Shown: positions 1-8,525 of the stretch, piece by piece
How the letters are laid out: every line of letters begins with the position of its first letter
How positions within the stretch are numbered: the stretch's first letter is position 1
Assembly (NCBI GenBank): GCA_964389655.1
Contig: CAYMED010000031.1
Span: 1 to 16,826 of the forward strand
From: an uncultured Candidatus Poseidoniales archaeon
GTDB taxonomy: Archaea > Thermoplasmatota > Poseidoniia > Poseidoniales > CAYMED01
DNA length: 16,826 bases
Direction of reading: 5' to 3'
Position numbers and translations under genes: made by a program
Notes under the pieces: generated by a model
What the model was told of the DNA's origin: nothing
Databases searched by the model: none
Seen by the model: only the letters and a program-made list of their open reading frames with translations

Positions 1-325
1 AAAGGGATCGTGAGATGGGTTTAGACCGTCGTGAGACAGGTTTGTTGCTTTGTGGTAGAGGCGTTGATACCTGATGGAAAGGGCCCTTTAGTACGAGAGG
101 AACGAAGGCTCGGAGCCACTAGTCTACCAGTTGTCCGGCAGGGCAGTGCTGGGTAGCCACGCTCCAATGGATAAGAGCTGAACGCATCTAAGCTCGAAAC
201 CAACCCAAAGACGAGGTATCGGACAGTCTGTAGAAGACAGGCTCAATAGGCTCGCGGGTGTACGCACGGAGGTTCGCCGACGTGTTCAGCCCAGCGACAC
301 TAATTGTCCAACTTCCGCACACATG
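1..325 (+). rRNA. rrl: 23S rRNA, 3' portion (5' part outside window; 3' end approximate)
   Basis: Peptidyl-transferase region TGGGTTTAGACCGTCGTGAGACAGGT at ~16-41; sarcin-ricin loop AGTACGAGAGGAAC at 90-103; conserved GGATAAGAGCTGAACGCATCTAAGCTCGAAAC; archaeal-type sequence. The 3' end is estimated from the ACTAATTGTCC segment at ~299-309. Confidence 0.97.
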
Positions 326-376
326 GGCTTGTTGTCCAAAGGGCACATCTCATCACTCATACGAGTCACGCGAGGT

Positions 377-499
377 TGGTGCACGGTCATAGCGGAGGGG
401 TCTACCCGGTCCCATATCGAACCCGGAAGTCAAGCCCTCCTGCGTCCGTCCTTGTACTGTGGTGCGAGAGCCCACGGGAACGGCGGTCACTGTGCCCAT
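377..499 (+). rRNA. rrf: 5S rRNA (archaeal type; ends approximate)
   Basis: GGTCATAGCGGAGGGG...ACCCGGTCCCATATCGAACCCGGAAGTCAAGCCCTCCTGCG...GTACTGTGGTGCGAGAGCCCACGGGAA; the 5' GCACGG pairs with the 3' CTGTGC (helix I); about 120 nt. Confidence 0.96.
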
Positions 500-556
500 C
501 TCGCCCTCGACCTCTTTTGCACTCTGCAGTTTGAAACATAATTGGGAGGATTCAGC

Positions 557-1219
557 CTGCCTCTCATTTCTTCAGATATATTGGGACATGATCTTCCCGG
601 AGTCCATGTCGCAGTGGCAGGTTCTGTAGCATTTGTCCCGTATGATCTTGACCCTGCTTCAATAGCGCAAATTCAGAGTGCTCTTAGTCTAGAAATTTCA
701 CGGGTATCATTTGGTGGATCTCGTCTCATTGGGTGTCTTCTTGCTGGGAATTCGAAAGGACTTGCAATTGCCGACATAGCGACGGAAGATGAGATTGACC
801 AGCTAACCTCATTTGGCGATGTTATCGTTATGGAAAGTGGTGTTAATGCTGCTGGAAATCTCCTTGTGGCCAATGAATCTGGTGCAATTGTTGCACCTAC
901 AGTTCCCGAAGAAGGGCAGCAACTCCTCTCGGATGTACTTGGAGTTGAAGTGCTCGCTACTTCGATCGCCGGCAACGAGACTGTTGGTTCCGTTTTGGCT
1001 GCAAACGATCAGGGCGCAGTTGTTCATCCAGATATTTTGCGTGAGGATGCTCTTGCTATCGAGAACGTGCTGGGGGTTCCTCTAATGGTAGGGACGGTTG
1101 CCTTTGGCAGTCCTTTTGTTGGAGCAGGTTTAGTTTGCTCAAATTCAGGCGCACTTGTCGGTGAACGAACAACAGGCCCTGAAATGAATCGTATAGAGGA
1201 TGCATTAGGATTGATTTAG
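557..1219 (+). CDS. eif6: Archaeal translation initiation factor 6 (aIF6, ribosome anti-association factor); start uncertain (CTG 557, TTG 542 or TTG 581)
   Basis: Pentein repeat motifs GGSRLIGCLLAGNSKG, AAGNLLVANESGA, VGSVLAANDQGAVVHP, GTVAFGSPFVGAGLVCSNSGALVG and the C-terminal TTGPEMNRIEDALG. In-frame TAA at 539-541; GGAGG at 545-549 lies 7 nt before CTG 557. Confidence 0.95.
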   Translation: MPLISSDILGHDLPGVHVAVAGSVAFVPYDLDPASIAQIQSALSLEISRVSFGGSRLIGCLLAGNSKGLAIADIATEDEIDQLTSFGDVIVMESGVNAAGNLLVANESGAIVAPTVPEEGQQLLSDVLGVEVLATSIAGNETVGSVLAANDQGAVVHPDILREDALAIENVLGVPLMVGTVAFGSPFVGAGLVCSNSGALVGERTTGPEMNRIEDALGLI

Positions 1220-1261
1220 TCAGCGATAATAATTATTGACATATTTGGAGTCAGTGCGCAT

Positions 1262-2176
1262 ATGGGTGAGTTGCTTTATGCAGGGAAGGTTAAGCAAGTT
1301 TGGAGTACAACAGATCCCAATCTCCTTGAATTCCGTTTTACAGATCAAATTTCAGTTTTCGATCAAATTATTCCCAGCCTTATTCCGCGAAAAGGCGAGA
1401 GTTTGAATCGCACTTCATGCCATTGGTTTGACCTTGTCATGAAAGAGGGTATTTGCCAAACTCACTTTGTCAAAATGCATGCTCCAGACCGCTGCTTAGC
1501 TAGAAAGTATGATGTAATCCGTGAACCGGGTGCGATTCCCCAAGACATGGAGAATGTATTCGTACCTCTAGAAGTGATTTGCCGACATTATCTCGCAGGT
1601 TCTGGATGGCGCAGATACCAACGAGGGGATGTCGGGGCAGAAGAATTTGGTTTTGCTTCTGATGAAATACTTCATGAAGGGATTAAACTTCCTGATCCTT
1701 ATCTTGAAGTGTCCACAAAGTTCGAGGAGTTTGACCGCCTACTGGATCGGAATGAAGCATTGGTGATCTCAAATTTGACAGAAGATGAATACGACACGAT
1801 CCTAGATATTGCTGTAAAAATAGATGCACTTATATCTGCTGAGACCGATAAACGAGGCCTCATCCATGTTGATGGGAAGAAAGAATTTGCATTGGGACCC
1901 GGCCGCGTTCCAGTTCTTGTAGATTCATTTGGGACTTTAGATGAAGACCGATGGTGGGATTATAGTGAATATGGGTTGGGAAATATTGTGCAATTGTCCA
2001 AGGAATTTGTTCGAATGCACTATATTGAAACAGGGTATTATCAAACTCTCAAAGAGGCACGCGATTCCAATTCTAAAGAACCCTTGATTCCACCGCTTCC
2101 ACAGGATTTGGTTGATCAAACGGCTGTTCTTTATGCAGGGATGTATGAACGCTTGACGGGAATGCCATTTGACTAG
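1262..2176 (+). CDS. purC: Phosphoribosylaminoimidazole-succinocarboxamide (SAICAR) synthase
   Basis: Motifs LYAGKVKQV, TDQISVFD, IPRKGESLN, PLEVICRHYLAGS, VDGKKEF, DSFGTLDEDRWW, LSKEFVR, PPLP. Confidence 0.96.
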   Translation: MGELLYAGKVKQVWSTTDPNLLEFRFTDQISVFDQIIPSLIPRKGESLNRTSCHWFDLVMKEGICQTHFVKMHAPDRCLARKYDVIREPGAIPQDMENVFVPLEVICRHYLAGSGWRRYQRGDVGAEEFGFASDEILHEGIKLPDPYLEVSTKFEEFDRLLDRNEALVISNLTEDEYDTILDIAVKIDALISAETDKRGLIHVDGKKEFALGPGRVPVLVDSFGTLDEDRWWDYSEYGLGNIVQLSKEFVRMHYIETGYYQTLKEARDSNSKEPLIPPLPQDLVDQTAVLYAGMYERLTGMPFD

Positions 2177-2826
2177 GAATGCGATCGCATCCATAAACCA
2201 CAATTTTGCCTTAATGCTGCATTTAGATGAGTCAATAAATGCCTTGATATTGTGTGGACGCCTTCCACAAGTGGTTCTTCGGCATTAACTGACCATGGGC
2301 AGGATTTCAAGCGAGCCGCTAGGTCTCTGATTTCTTGTACGTCGATCCACCCGTGTAGGCACAACCCATGGCGGCCAATATGCATCAGGTCGTCTCTTCG
2401 CATTGTAGATGTGAATCGGTGTGAAAGCAGGTCAAGATATCTGTGGATTTTTTCCGATTCGGGATCTTCAATGAGCATGTGATTTGCGAGATAATCAAGC
2501 GCATTCCCCACATTTCCAGGAAGTCTACCAATAGCTTCTCTAGCCAAATAAACATCGCTATTGAAGCGAATCCGGTCAATTTCATCATCGCTAGGCCGTC
2601 CCACAATGAATGCTGCAGTGGCAGGATCAGGGACTTGATGGCGGTCCATTATAGCCACACTCATCCTCTCTGCACGCTGAACTAGAATCTCAGGTGCACG
2701 ATCATCAAAACTATTCTCAGAAATCCAATGATCCATTTCAATCAAGTATTCTGGCCGACATGGCTCAAGTGTAGTCCAAGCAATTGCAGAAGGATCTATT
2801 TCGATAGGCTCCTCATCATTCAACAC
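2173..2826 (-). CDS. Hypothetical soluble protein, 217 aa, translationally coupled to the upstream large surface protein
   Basis: Intact ORF with protein-like composition; its ATG overlaps the last 11 nt of the 1862-aa gene. No family recognised. Confidence 0.75.
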   Translation of the reverse strand: MLNDEEPIEIDPSAIAWTTLEPCRPEYLIEMDHWISENSFDDRAPEILVQRAERMSVAIMDRHQVPDPATAAFIVGRPSDDEIDRIRFNSDVYLAREAIGRLPGNVGNALDYLANHMLIEDPESEKIHRYLDLLSHRFTSTMRRDDLMHIGRHGLCLHGWIDVQEIRDLAARLKSCPWSVNAEEPLVEGVHTISRHLLTHLNAALRQNCGLWMRSHS

Positions 2827-5800
2827 GTTTCCTCCGAGCCTCCCGTCGTGCAGTCATGGCCTCAATTCTTTGGTCCAAATCGTCTGTAGGTTTCTGGCGA
2901 TCTAGGTGCTCCCGTAAATCATCCAACAAAGGTTCTTCTTTGCCTGGTTTAGGTACTTCTTCCTTGTTGATCTGATCCTCAGAATCGCTCACTTGCCTAC
3001 CATCAATGCTCGTAATGCGTTCTTGCTTCTCGACTTCAGTGTTTGAGGCAGAATCGGTCATATTTTCATCACTCTCTTGGTCCTCTCGATTTCTCTGAAA
3101 TAAAATCCAAGCCAATGCTAGGATTGTGAGGGCACTTATTGTACCCGAGATTACACGTGCATCGATGGTTAATGCAAGAGATAAACTGCTCTTTGGCACC
3201 CAATTGATTGTACTTGCGTCATCACTCGGATCGTCATCGACATCCCAAGGTGAGGCGCATGAAATTCGCACTTCAATCGTTGTATTACTCATTGTAGATG
3301 GAGGCTGGATTTGTATGGGGAGTAGGAATTGCGCAGTCAAGTCAATATCCCATGAATAGGATAATTTATCTGATGTCAGGCTAATTTGGCAATCAGCCTG
3401 AATTGGGGGACGGATCCCTTCGCGCAGGGGTAGTATCTCAATTCCACCTTCAACAGAATCTACGCGCAATATTCCGATATTCCAGCCAGTTTGGTGGATC
3501 ATCCAAATGGCTTCTTTCTGAATTATAAGTCGTCCCCACTCATCGACTACAGTTAGTTCGGTCTGATGTCCTCCAGCAGGAACTTGCGACACTTCTTCTG
3601 AAGGAATAGTTACATTCTGGTATCCCTTAAATGCAGGTGATAATATTCTTGAATATACGGCCCCATCAATTCTGAAAATCATCGTCCATGCACTTGGTGC
3701 ATCGGTTGAAGTACATCTTGCAGGGCTTGCAGTTGCATTCCAGTTTTCATTGATTTCACAGAATATCTCAAAATCAGGTTTTGCAATAGGGACGACAATG
3801 AGGTCAAGTTTTCCAATATCGCTTGCTAGATTGGTCAGGCTGACTTCTAATATGTCAAGGCGTGTTGCCGGTTTCCAAACAAATCCAGTACCCTCTACCT
3901 TTAGGGATTCGGTTCCTATTATGGCAGTGCTCAGTTCAGTGGCAGAATCGGTGTTTAGGCCAACCATCGAAAAACCATTTGCATAGACAAGGGGCTTTTC
4001 TGCCCACCCAATCGCTCGCCGCTCGATTCTGATGGGTACTGTAGGTGATGTGAGGTTACTTGATTTGGCTCGAATGAGTAATTCTGCAGGTGTCCCATCC
4101 CAGTTGGCGGGTGTGGTGATTCCGCATGATGCTGGCCTTATTTCGCCAGCACCTACCCAGCCAATAAAGGGATTCTCCATGCTCCAGTTGGCAACATCTA
4201 CGAATTCTAATGAAACCTCTTTGCCCACATTTCCATTATTGTGGACCGCAAGAGTAGGGCATTCGCCTCCATTCTCTCCTATGACCCACGTGGATGCAAT
4301 TACCTCTAGGGATGGTGCTTCGTCAACAATTAGTAGGACAATTGTGGATGTAACCGTTGATGTTTCAACATCATCAATAATGATGTCAAGTTCTCCAATT
4401 GAACCCGCTATTGTGCCGACTTTAGGGTGGATATTTACGGAAATGGTAACATTTCCTCCGGGATCTATTGTATCGGGGAATTGTGTCAAATTGGTCTGAT
4501 TCCACCCCGCTGACCTAGGAAACCCAAGAGTGACGATTGGAGTTGTAGGTCTATTTCCTAGTTGCTCTAGTCGAAGGTGGATTTGTTCCCCGTTAGGGTT
4601 GATTGTGGGGTCCGATGCTTGGACCGACCATCCAGTTCTATGCTTAATGACAATTTCAATGGATAAACTGGGAGATGCTGCCGTGTCATCCGCTATTGTC
4701 AAGTTAATCGAGCAACGTGTCCCTGCCCAAGAATTTGAGGGCACAGACCAATTTAGCACAATAATAGCTGTTGAATTGACATCCGCTTCATCACTAGGGC
4801 TGATGGATGCCACGCAAGGGCTCGTAGGTGCACGTTCAGGGTAATCCATCTGTATATACAAGGAAGCAGTAGGAGATAGTCGATGATTTCCCTGATTAAG
4901 TACCTCAATTGAGAGTGTTCCAAAACTTCCAGGCTCGATCAAAAGTGCATCTGGTAGTGTTGTTGCATTCCACCGTCGTATCGGATTGGCAGAGACATTG
5001 AGCTGAACAATGGAAAATGCAGAAGAATCCTCAGTACTTTTGAGGGTGATTTCGAGTGGTATGGCTTCTAGAGCTGGTGTTGAAGGGTCTAGTTCGACAA
5101 TCATGGTGACACTTGTTGCAGCACCAGATTGGATTTGATGCGAGGAGTCTGGAAATGTTACTTGAACATACTCAGAATGTAATGGCTGGACTGTGACTGA
5201 TGTAAGCAAGTAATCATCTGCACTATTACCTGGGTTAACCGCATCAAGGACAAAAGTGCGAGGTGTTTCAACATCCATGTATTCCACGGGTGAAGGATGC
5301 GTAGGCCATTCTAACAATGCACGATGTATTTGAAGCACATCGAGATGAAGGTATATGTCGCATGAATCTCCTAGGGAGCACCTTAGGCGGAGATCGTGAT
5401 TTCCAGGTGGTTCTCGAATTGGAAGGCTGAGTTTCAATGTACCTTCTAGTCGCCCATCTGGTGAATTTCCAGATAAGTTAGCACCTAGGGTGAAATCTTG
5501 GGTTGCAGTCCACGTCCATCCAGATGCAATTGTCTCGGACATGTCCCAATTCGCATTTGTTGACCCATTTGGGAGTGCTGCAATGATGGACCAAGATGCT
5601 TCCTTCGGTGTTGTTCGAATATGCGGAGGGCTAGTTGTAGTATCATGGACTGTAAAACGGAGGTCAACTGTGGAGTTGATGCTTCCATTGTCATCTGACC
5701 GAGCAGTCAATGGAATCGTGATTGAATCGCCAATTGGCTGATTTTCGGGTATGGATACGACGGCGATTAGTTCAACAGCAGAAGCAGGCTGTACTATGAT

Positions 5801-8404
5801 GCTTGCAATTTCAGTCCCATTTTCGAGAAGTTGGACGCGCCCAGTATTCCAAGGGTTTGCTCCTTTCACAAATAGAATGTTTTCAGGAGCATTGCCGAGG
5901 TTTGAGAGTCTTAACCAAGCCTGAGCACTTTCTGAATCCCTCCCTAGTCCCTCTGCGACTACAGATCCATGAGCTCCTATGATGTGCAAGCCCCGTGTCC
6001 GATTTACCGCTAGAGGCCAGGTTACAGATGCAAAGGCAGTTCCATCTTCATGTATCAATGTCAGTCCCAAGTTCATCGCAGATCCCCCTTGTGCTTCATT
6101 GGGTGAAGTGACTCGAATTCTGATGCCCACATTTTTTCCAGGATCTAGCCTGGTTGTTAGGGGATCAAGTGCTTGAACGGACCACCCCGGTTCAACAGTA
6201 GACGTGTCCCAATTTAGGGTCCAGTTGCCGGATCGCTTCCCTGTTGCAAGTAAGTTGATCATTTCCGTCCTCGCGGCACCAGGGTCAACAAGTGTAAGGG
6301 TGGGTGCTGAAATCGATGCCTCAAAAGGTACGCGGACTGTGATGTTGGTGCGTAAAATATCCTCCGACCGGCGCGCTTGTGTGAGGTTTCCTGATGGGTC
6401 AATATGCAATTCGATTTGATGGATTCCAATTGTGGCGGTCCAATCTATGCTAACAGTTACTGGAGAACCATCTCCGGAGGGTGCAACTGGGTCAAGGATA
6501 GGTATGAGTTCTTCAATGAGCATATTCCCATCGATAATGACGCGTACATCGATGGGCCGATCTGACGAAACAGTGCCAATATTCTCAACTTCTGCGACAA
6601 TTGTGACTTGTTGTCCAGGGTCGGGCGCTTCAGGTACCATTCGTATTCCGGAACCGTCTTTAGTAGGTCGAATATCTGCAATTGCTCGGCCGATAACCTG
6701 TGCGCCAATGGCTATGTCTAGTGCACCATCTCCATCGACGTCAGCAGTCGCAGGTGATGCAACACTTGATTGTGGTGTTTCAAGGGGTTCACTCCAACCA
6801 GATGAACCTGGAATGTCATCTCCATCATCACCTTCATATGCGTGAATACGCCGATCATATGCGACAATGAGTTCGGGATCATCATCTCCGTCGAGATCTT
6901 GCCAAGTGGGTGCACTTGTCGCAATTCCTTCGCGAAGGACACCTGTGTGGTCAATTGTGCGGGTCCATTGCTCCACCGGCTGGCCTGTGTCGGTGTCATG
7001 GCAGCCTACCAAGGCTCGACGCTGGGCAATTCCTGGAATAAACCAGGTGATGTAGCAGATGCGATCTATTGCCCCATCCCTGTCTCGGTCGATCACAAGA
7101 GGTGGTGCATCTGCCCAGCCATTGTCTACCTCAAATCGCCACTCTTCACTTCGGTCTACAAGATTTTTCAGGACAAATTCTGCACCGTCAGATCCCCCAT
7201 TACCATCGCCATCGGTTGGCAGTGTGAATAGAACTTCTAATAATTCATCATCATCCATGTTGGCAATAATAGGTGATGGAAGGCGTAGGTGGGGTGAGCG
7301 TGTATCTCCATCTTGCGCCTCTAAACTTGTTCGGTCCCAAAGTAATCCACCATCATTTCCATCAATCCTCCATGCCCACATCGACCCACTATCTGAATCG
7401 AGTGTTGTGAGGAGTGCAGAGGCTCCGGCACCTGCAGCGTTAGGTGCAATGGCTGGATCTGAAATATGGGTTCCTCTGTCCAAATCAGCACTCCAGAGAG
7501 GGGCAGTGGGTAGATCCATCGAAAGTTCTAGTGCAAGAACTCGTAACCTTCCTACATCGGGTGCTCGCCCAGCAACCAAAAGGTCAGATGTCCCTGAACC
7601 ATCCAAGTCTGCAATGGCTAGTTGTGCTTGTACATGGTCACTCGACGATCCAAATAGGGCGTCTGCAGAGTCAATTGAGAGTCGCATCCCTTCATCAGCA
7701 TATGACCAGATCTGTTCATTTGAGTGGCCTCCCGTAACCCATCCAGAAGGTCCACATCTCAACTGAGGTGTCCAAGCTTCAATCACTAGCCCCGTAGATC
7801 CATCGTAAGCAGTGATTATCTCGAGTGCAGCATCTGCATTGATGTCTACTCCTATGGGTGCTGTGAGTACTCGCCCAGTCGCATCTAGATTTGCTGACCA
7901 AGCAAGGTCACCTGACCACGCATTAATCAGTGCTAATCGATATTCATCCCCGCTGTTATCTCCGGATTTTTCTAAAATGGTGGCAATAAATAATTCCCCT
8001 TTCCCACAACGCTCTTCCGCTCCTGAATCAATATCTGAATTTCCTTGGAGATCAACTAGAATTGCTTCAAGGGGTGTTGAGGCCCCCATGGATGAATCAT
8101 CGATTGACCAGCGGATGGCAGGAGAATCTATGACTGCTAGATCTCCCCCCGGGAAGCCCTCTATACTGTCTGTTTTCACACTAGGGTCATGTGCTGGGAC
8201 CTCTGCGGTTCGAGTTGCACTCTTCCCGGCCTGCATCCATGTTGTGGAAGTATGGTGTGAACGAGATGAAGCAGGTGTGTGTTTTTGGTCCTCGAAGTTA
8301 GAATATGGTGCTCTTTCTTCGTCTGCACACGACAGCCATGGCACTTGTGATGACAGGCATAACAGAAGCAGCACCACGACGGCCTGCGATCCCTTCGGCA
8401 TCAT
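2816..8404 (-). CDS. Large secreted, C-terminally membrane-anchored surface protein: FG-GAP/VCBS-like calcium-blade beta-propeller, CARDB domain and tandem Ig-like repeats
   Basis: N-terminal hydrophobic signal (AVVVLLLLCLSS). Repeated Dx[DN]xDG-type loops (DINADAALEI, DLDGSGTSDL, NMDDDELLEV, DRDRDGAIDRI, DLDGDDDPEL, DVDGDGALDI). CARDB-like PDPGQQVTIVAEVENIGT. Recurrent NxGN Ig-type motifs (NLGNAPE, NPGNSADDY, NQGNHR, NNGNVG). TM helix VISGTISALTILALAWILF followed by a charged tail. Confidence 0.85.
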   Translation of the reverse strand: MMPKGSQAVVVLLLLCLSSQVPWLSCADEERAPYSNFEDQKHTPASSRSHHTSTTWMQAGKSATRTAEVPAHDPSVKTDSIEGFPGGDLAVIDSPAIRWSIDDSSMGASTPLEAILVDLQGNSDIDSGAEERCGKGELFIATILEKSGDNSGDEYRLALINAWSGDLAWSANLDATGRVLTAPIGVDINADAALEIITAYDGSTGLVIEAWTPQLRCGPSGWVTGGHSNEQIWSYADEGMRLSIDSADALFGSSSDHVQAQLAIADLDGSGTSDLLVAGRAPDVGRLRVLALELSMDLPTAPLWSADLDRGTHISDPAIAPNAAGAGASALLTTLDSDSGSMWAWRIDGNDGGLLWDRTSLEAQDGDTRSPHLRLPSPIIANMDDDELLEVLFTLPTDGDGNGGSDGAEFVLKNLVDRSEEWRFEVDNGWADAPPLVIDRDRDGAIDRICYITWFIPGIAQRRALVGCHDTDTGQPVEQWTRTIDHTGVLREGIATSAPTWQDLDGDDDPELIVAYDRRIHAYEGDDGDDIPGSSGWSEPLETPQSSVASPATADVDGDGALDIAIGAQVIGRAIADIRPTKDGSGIRMVPEAPDPGQQVTIVAEVENIGTVSSDRPIDVRVIIDGNMLIEELIPILDPVAPSGDGSPVTVSIDWTATIGIHQIELHIDPSGNLTQARRSEDILRTNITVRVPFEASISAPTLTLVDPGAARTEMINLLATGKRSGNWTLNWDTSTVEPGWSVQALDPLTTRLDPGKNVGIRIRVTSPNEAQGGSAMNLGLTLIHEDGTAFASVTWPLAVNRTRGLHIIGAHGSVVAEGLGRDSESAQAWLRLSNLGNAPENILFVKGANPWNTGRVQLLENGTEIASIIVQPASAVELIAVVSIPENQPIGDSITIPLTARSDDNGSINSTVDLRFTVHDTTTSPPHIRTTPKEASWSIIAALPNGSTNANWDMSETIASGWTWTATQDFTLGANLSGNSPDGRLEGTLKLSLPIREPPGNHDLRLRCSLGDSCDIYLHLDVLQIHRALLEWPTHPSPVEYMDVETPRTFVLDAVNPGNSADDYLLTSVTVQPLHSEYVQVTFPDSSHQIQSGAATSVTMIVELDPSTPALEAIPLEITLKSTEDSSAFSIVQLNVSANPIRRWNATTLPDALLIEPGSFGTLSIEVLNQGNHRLSPTASLYIQMDYPERAPTSPCVASISPSDEADVNSTAIIVLNWSVPSNSWAGTRCSINLTIADDTAASPSLSIEIVIKHRTGWSVQASDPTINPNGEQIHLRLEQLGNRPTTPIVTLGFPRSAGWNQTNLTQFPDTIDPGGNVTISVNIHPKVGTIAGSIGELDIIIDDVETSTVTSTIVLLIVDEAPSLEVIASTWVIGENGGECPTLAVHNNGNVGKEVSLEFVDVANWSMENPFIGWVGAGEIRPASCGITTPANWDGTPAELLIRAKSSNLTSPTVPIRIERRAIGWAEKPLVYANGFSMVGLNTDSATELSTAIIGTESLKVEGTGFVWKPATRLDILEVSLTNLASDIGKLDLIVVPIAKPDFEIFCEINENWNATASPARCTSTDAPSAWTMIFRIDGAVYSRILSPAFKGYQNVTIPSEEVSQVPAGGHQTELTVVDEWGRLIIQKEAIWMIHQTGWNIGILRVDSVEGGIEILPLREGIRPPIQADCQISLTSDKLSYSWDIDLTAQFLLPIQIQPPSTMSNTTIEVRISCASPWDVDDDPSDDASTINWVPKSSLSLALTIDARVISGTISALTILALAWILFQRNREDQESDENMTDSASNTEVEKQERITSIDGRQVSDSEDQINKEEVPKPGKEEPLLDDLREHLDRQKPTDDLDQRIEAMTARREARRKRVE

Positions 8405-8488
8405 TTCCTGTAGTATTGCTCATTCGGAGCCCTTTGAACGTTGTTAAGTTCCAGCGTCCTACACCCCCCAATCTAGGTTCCTGCAGTG

Positions 8489-8503
8489 CGAACCGCTAAA
8501 TAT
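8489..8503 (+). promoter_or_regulatory. Putative archaeal BRE/TATA promoter for the rpoE1 operon
   Basis: CGAACCG followed by CTAAATAT (8496-8503), about 20-25 nt upstream of the start of the structured leader (8526). Based on position and consensus resemblance only. Confidence 0.45.
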
Positions 8504-8525
8504 TCCGTGCCATCCGGCGAACAAC

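Noticed and set aside
21-541. ORFs 21..203(-), 304..534(+) and 323..541(+)
   Set aside because: They lie on the 23S/5S rRNA genes and are spurious.
8320-8404. Possible lipobox (WLSC) in the large surface protein
   Set aside because: It is a poor match to the lipobox consensus, and the protein already has a C-terminal TM anchor.
3126-8447. Long antisense ORFs (e.g. 7059..7766, 7812..8447, 4032..4499) and similarly 14570..15082
   Set aside because: They are Ser/Pro-rich mirror-frame shadows of genuine genes, with no motifs.
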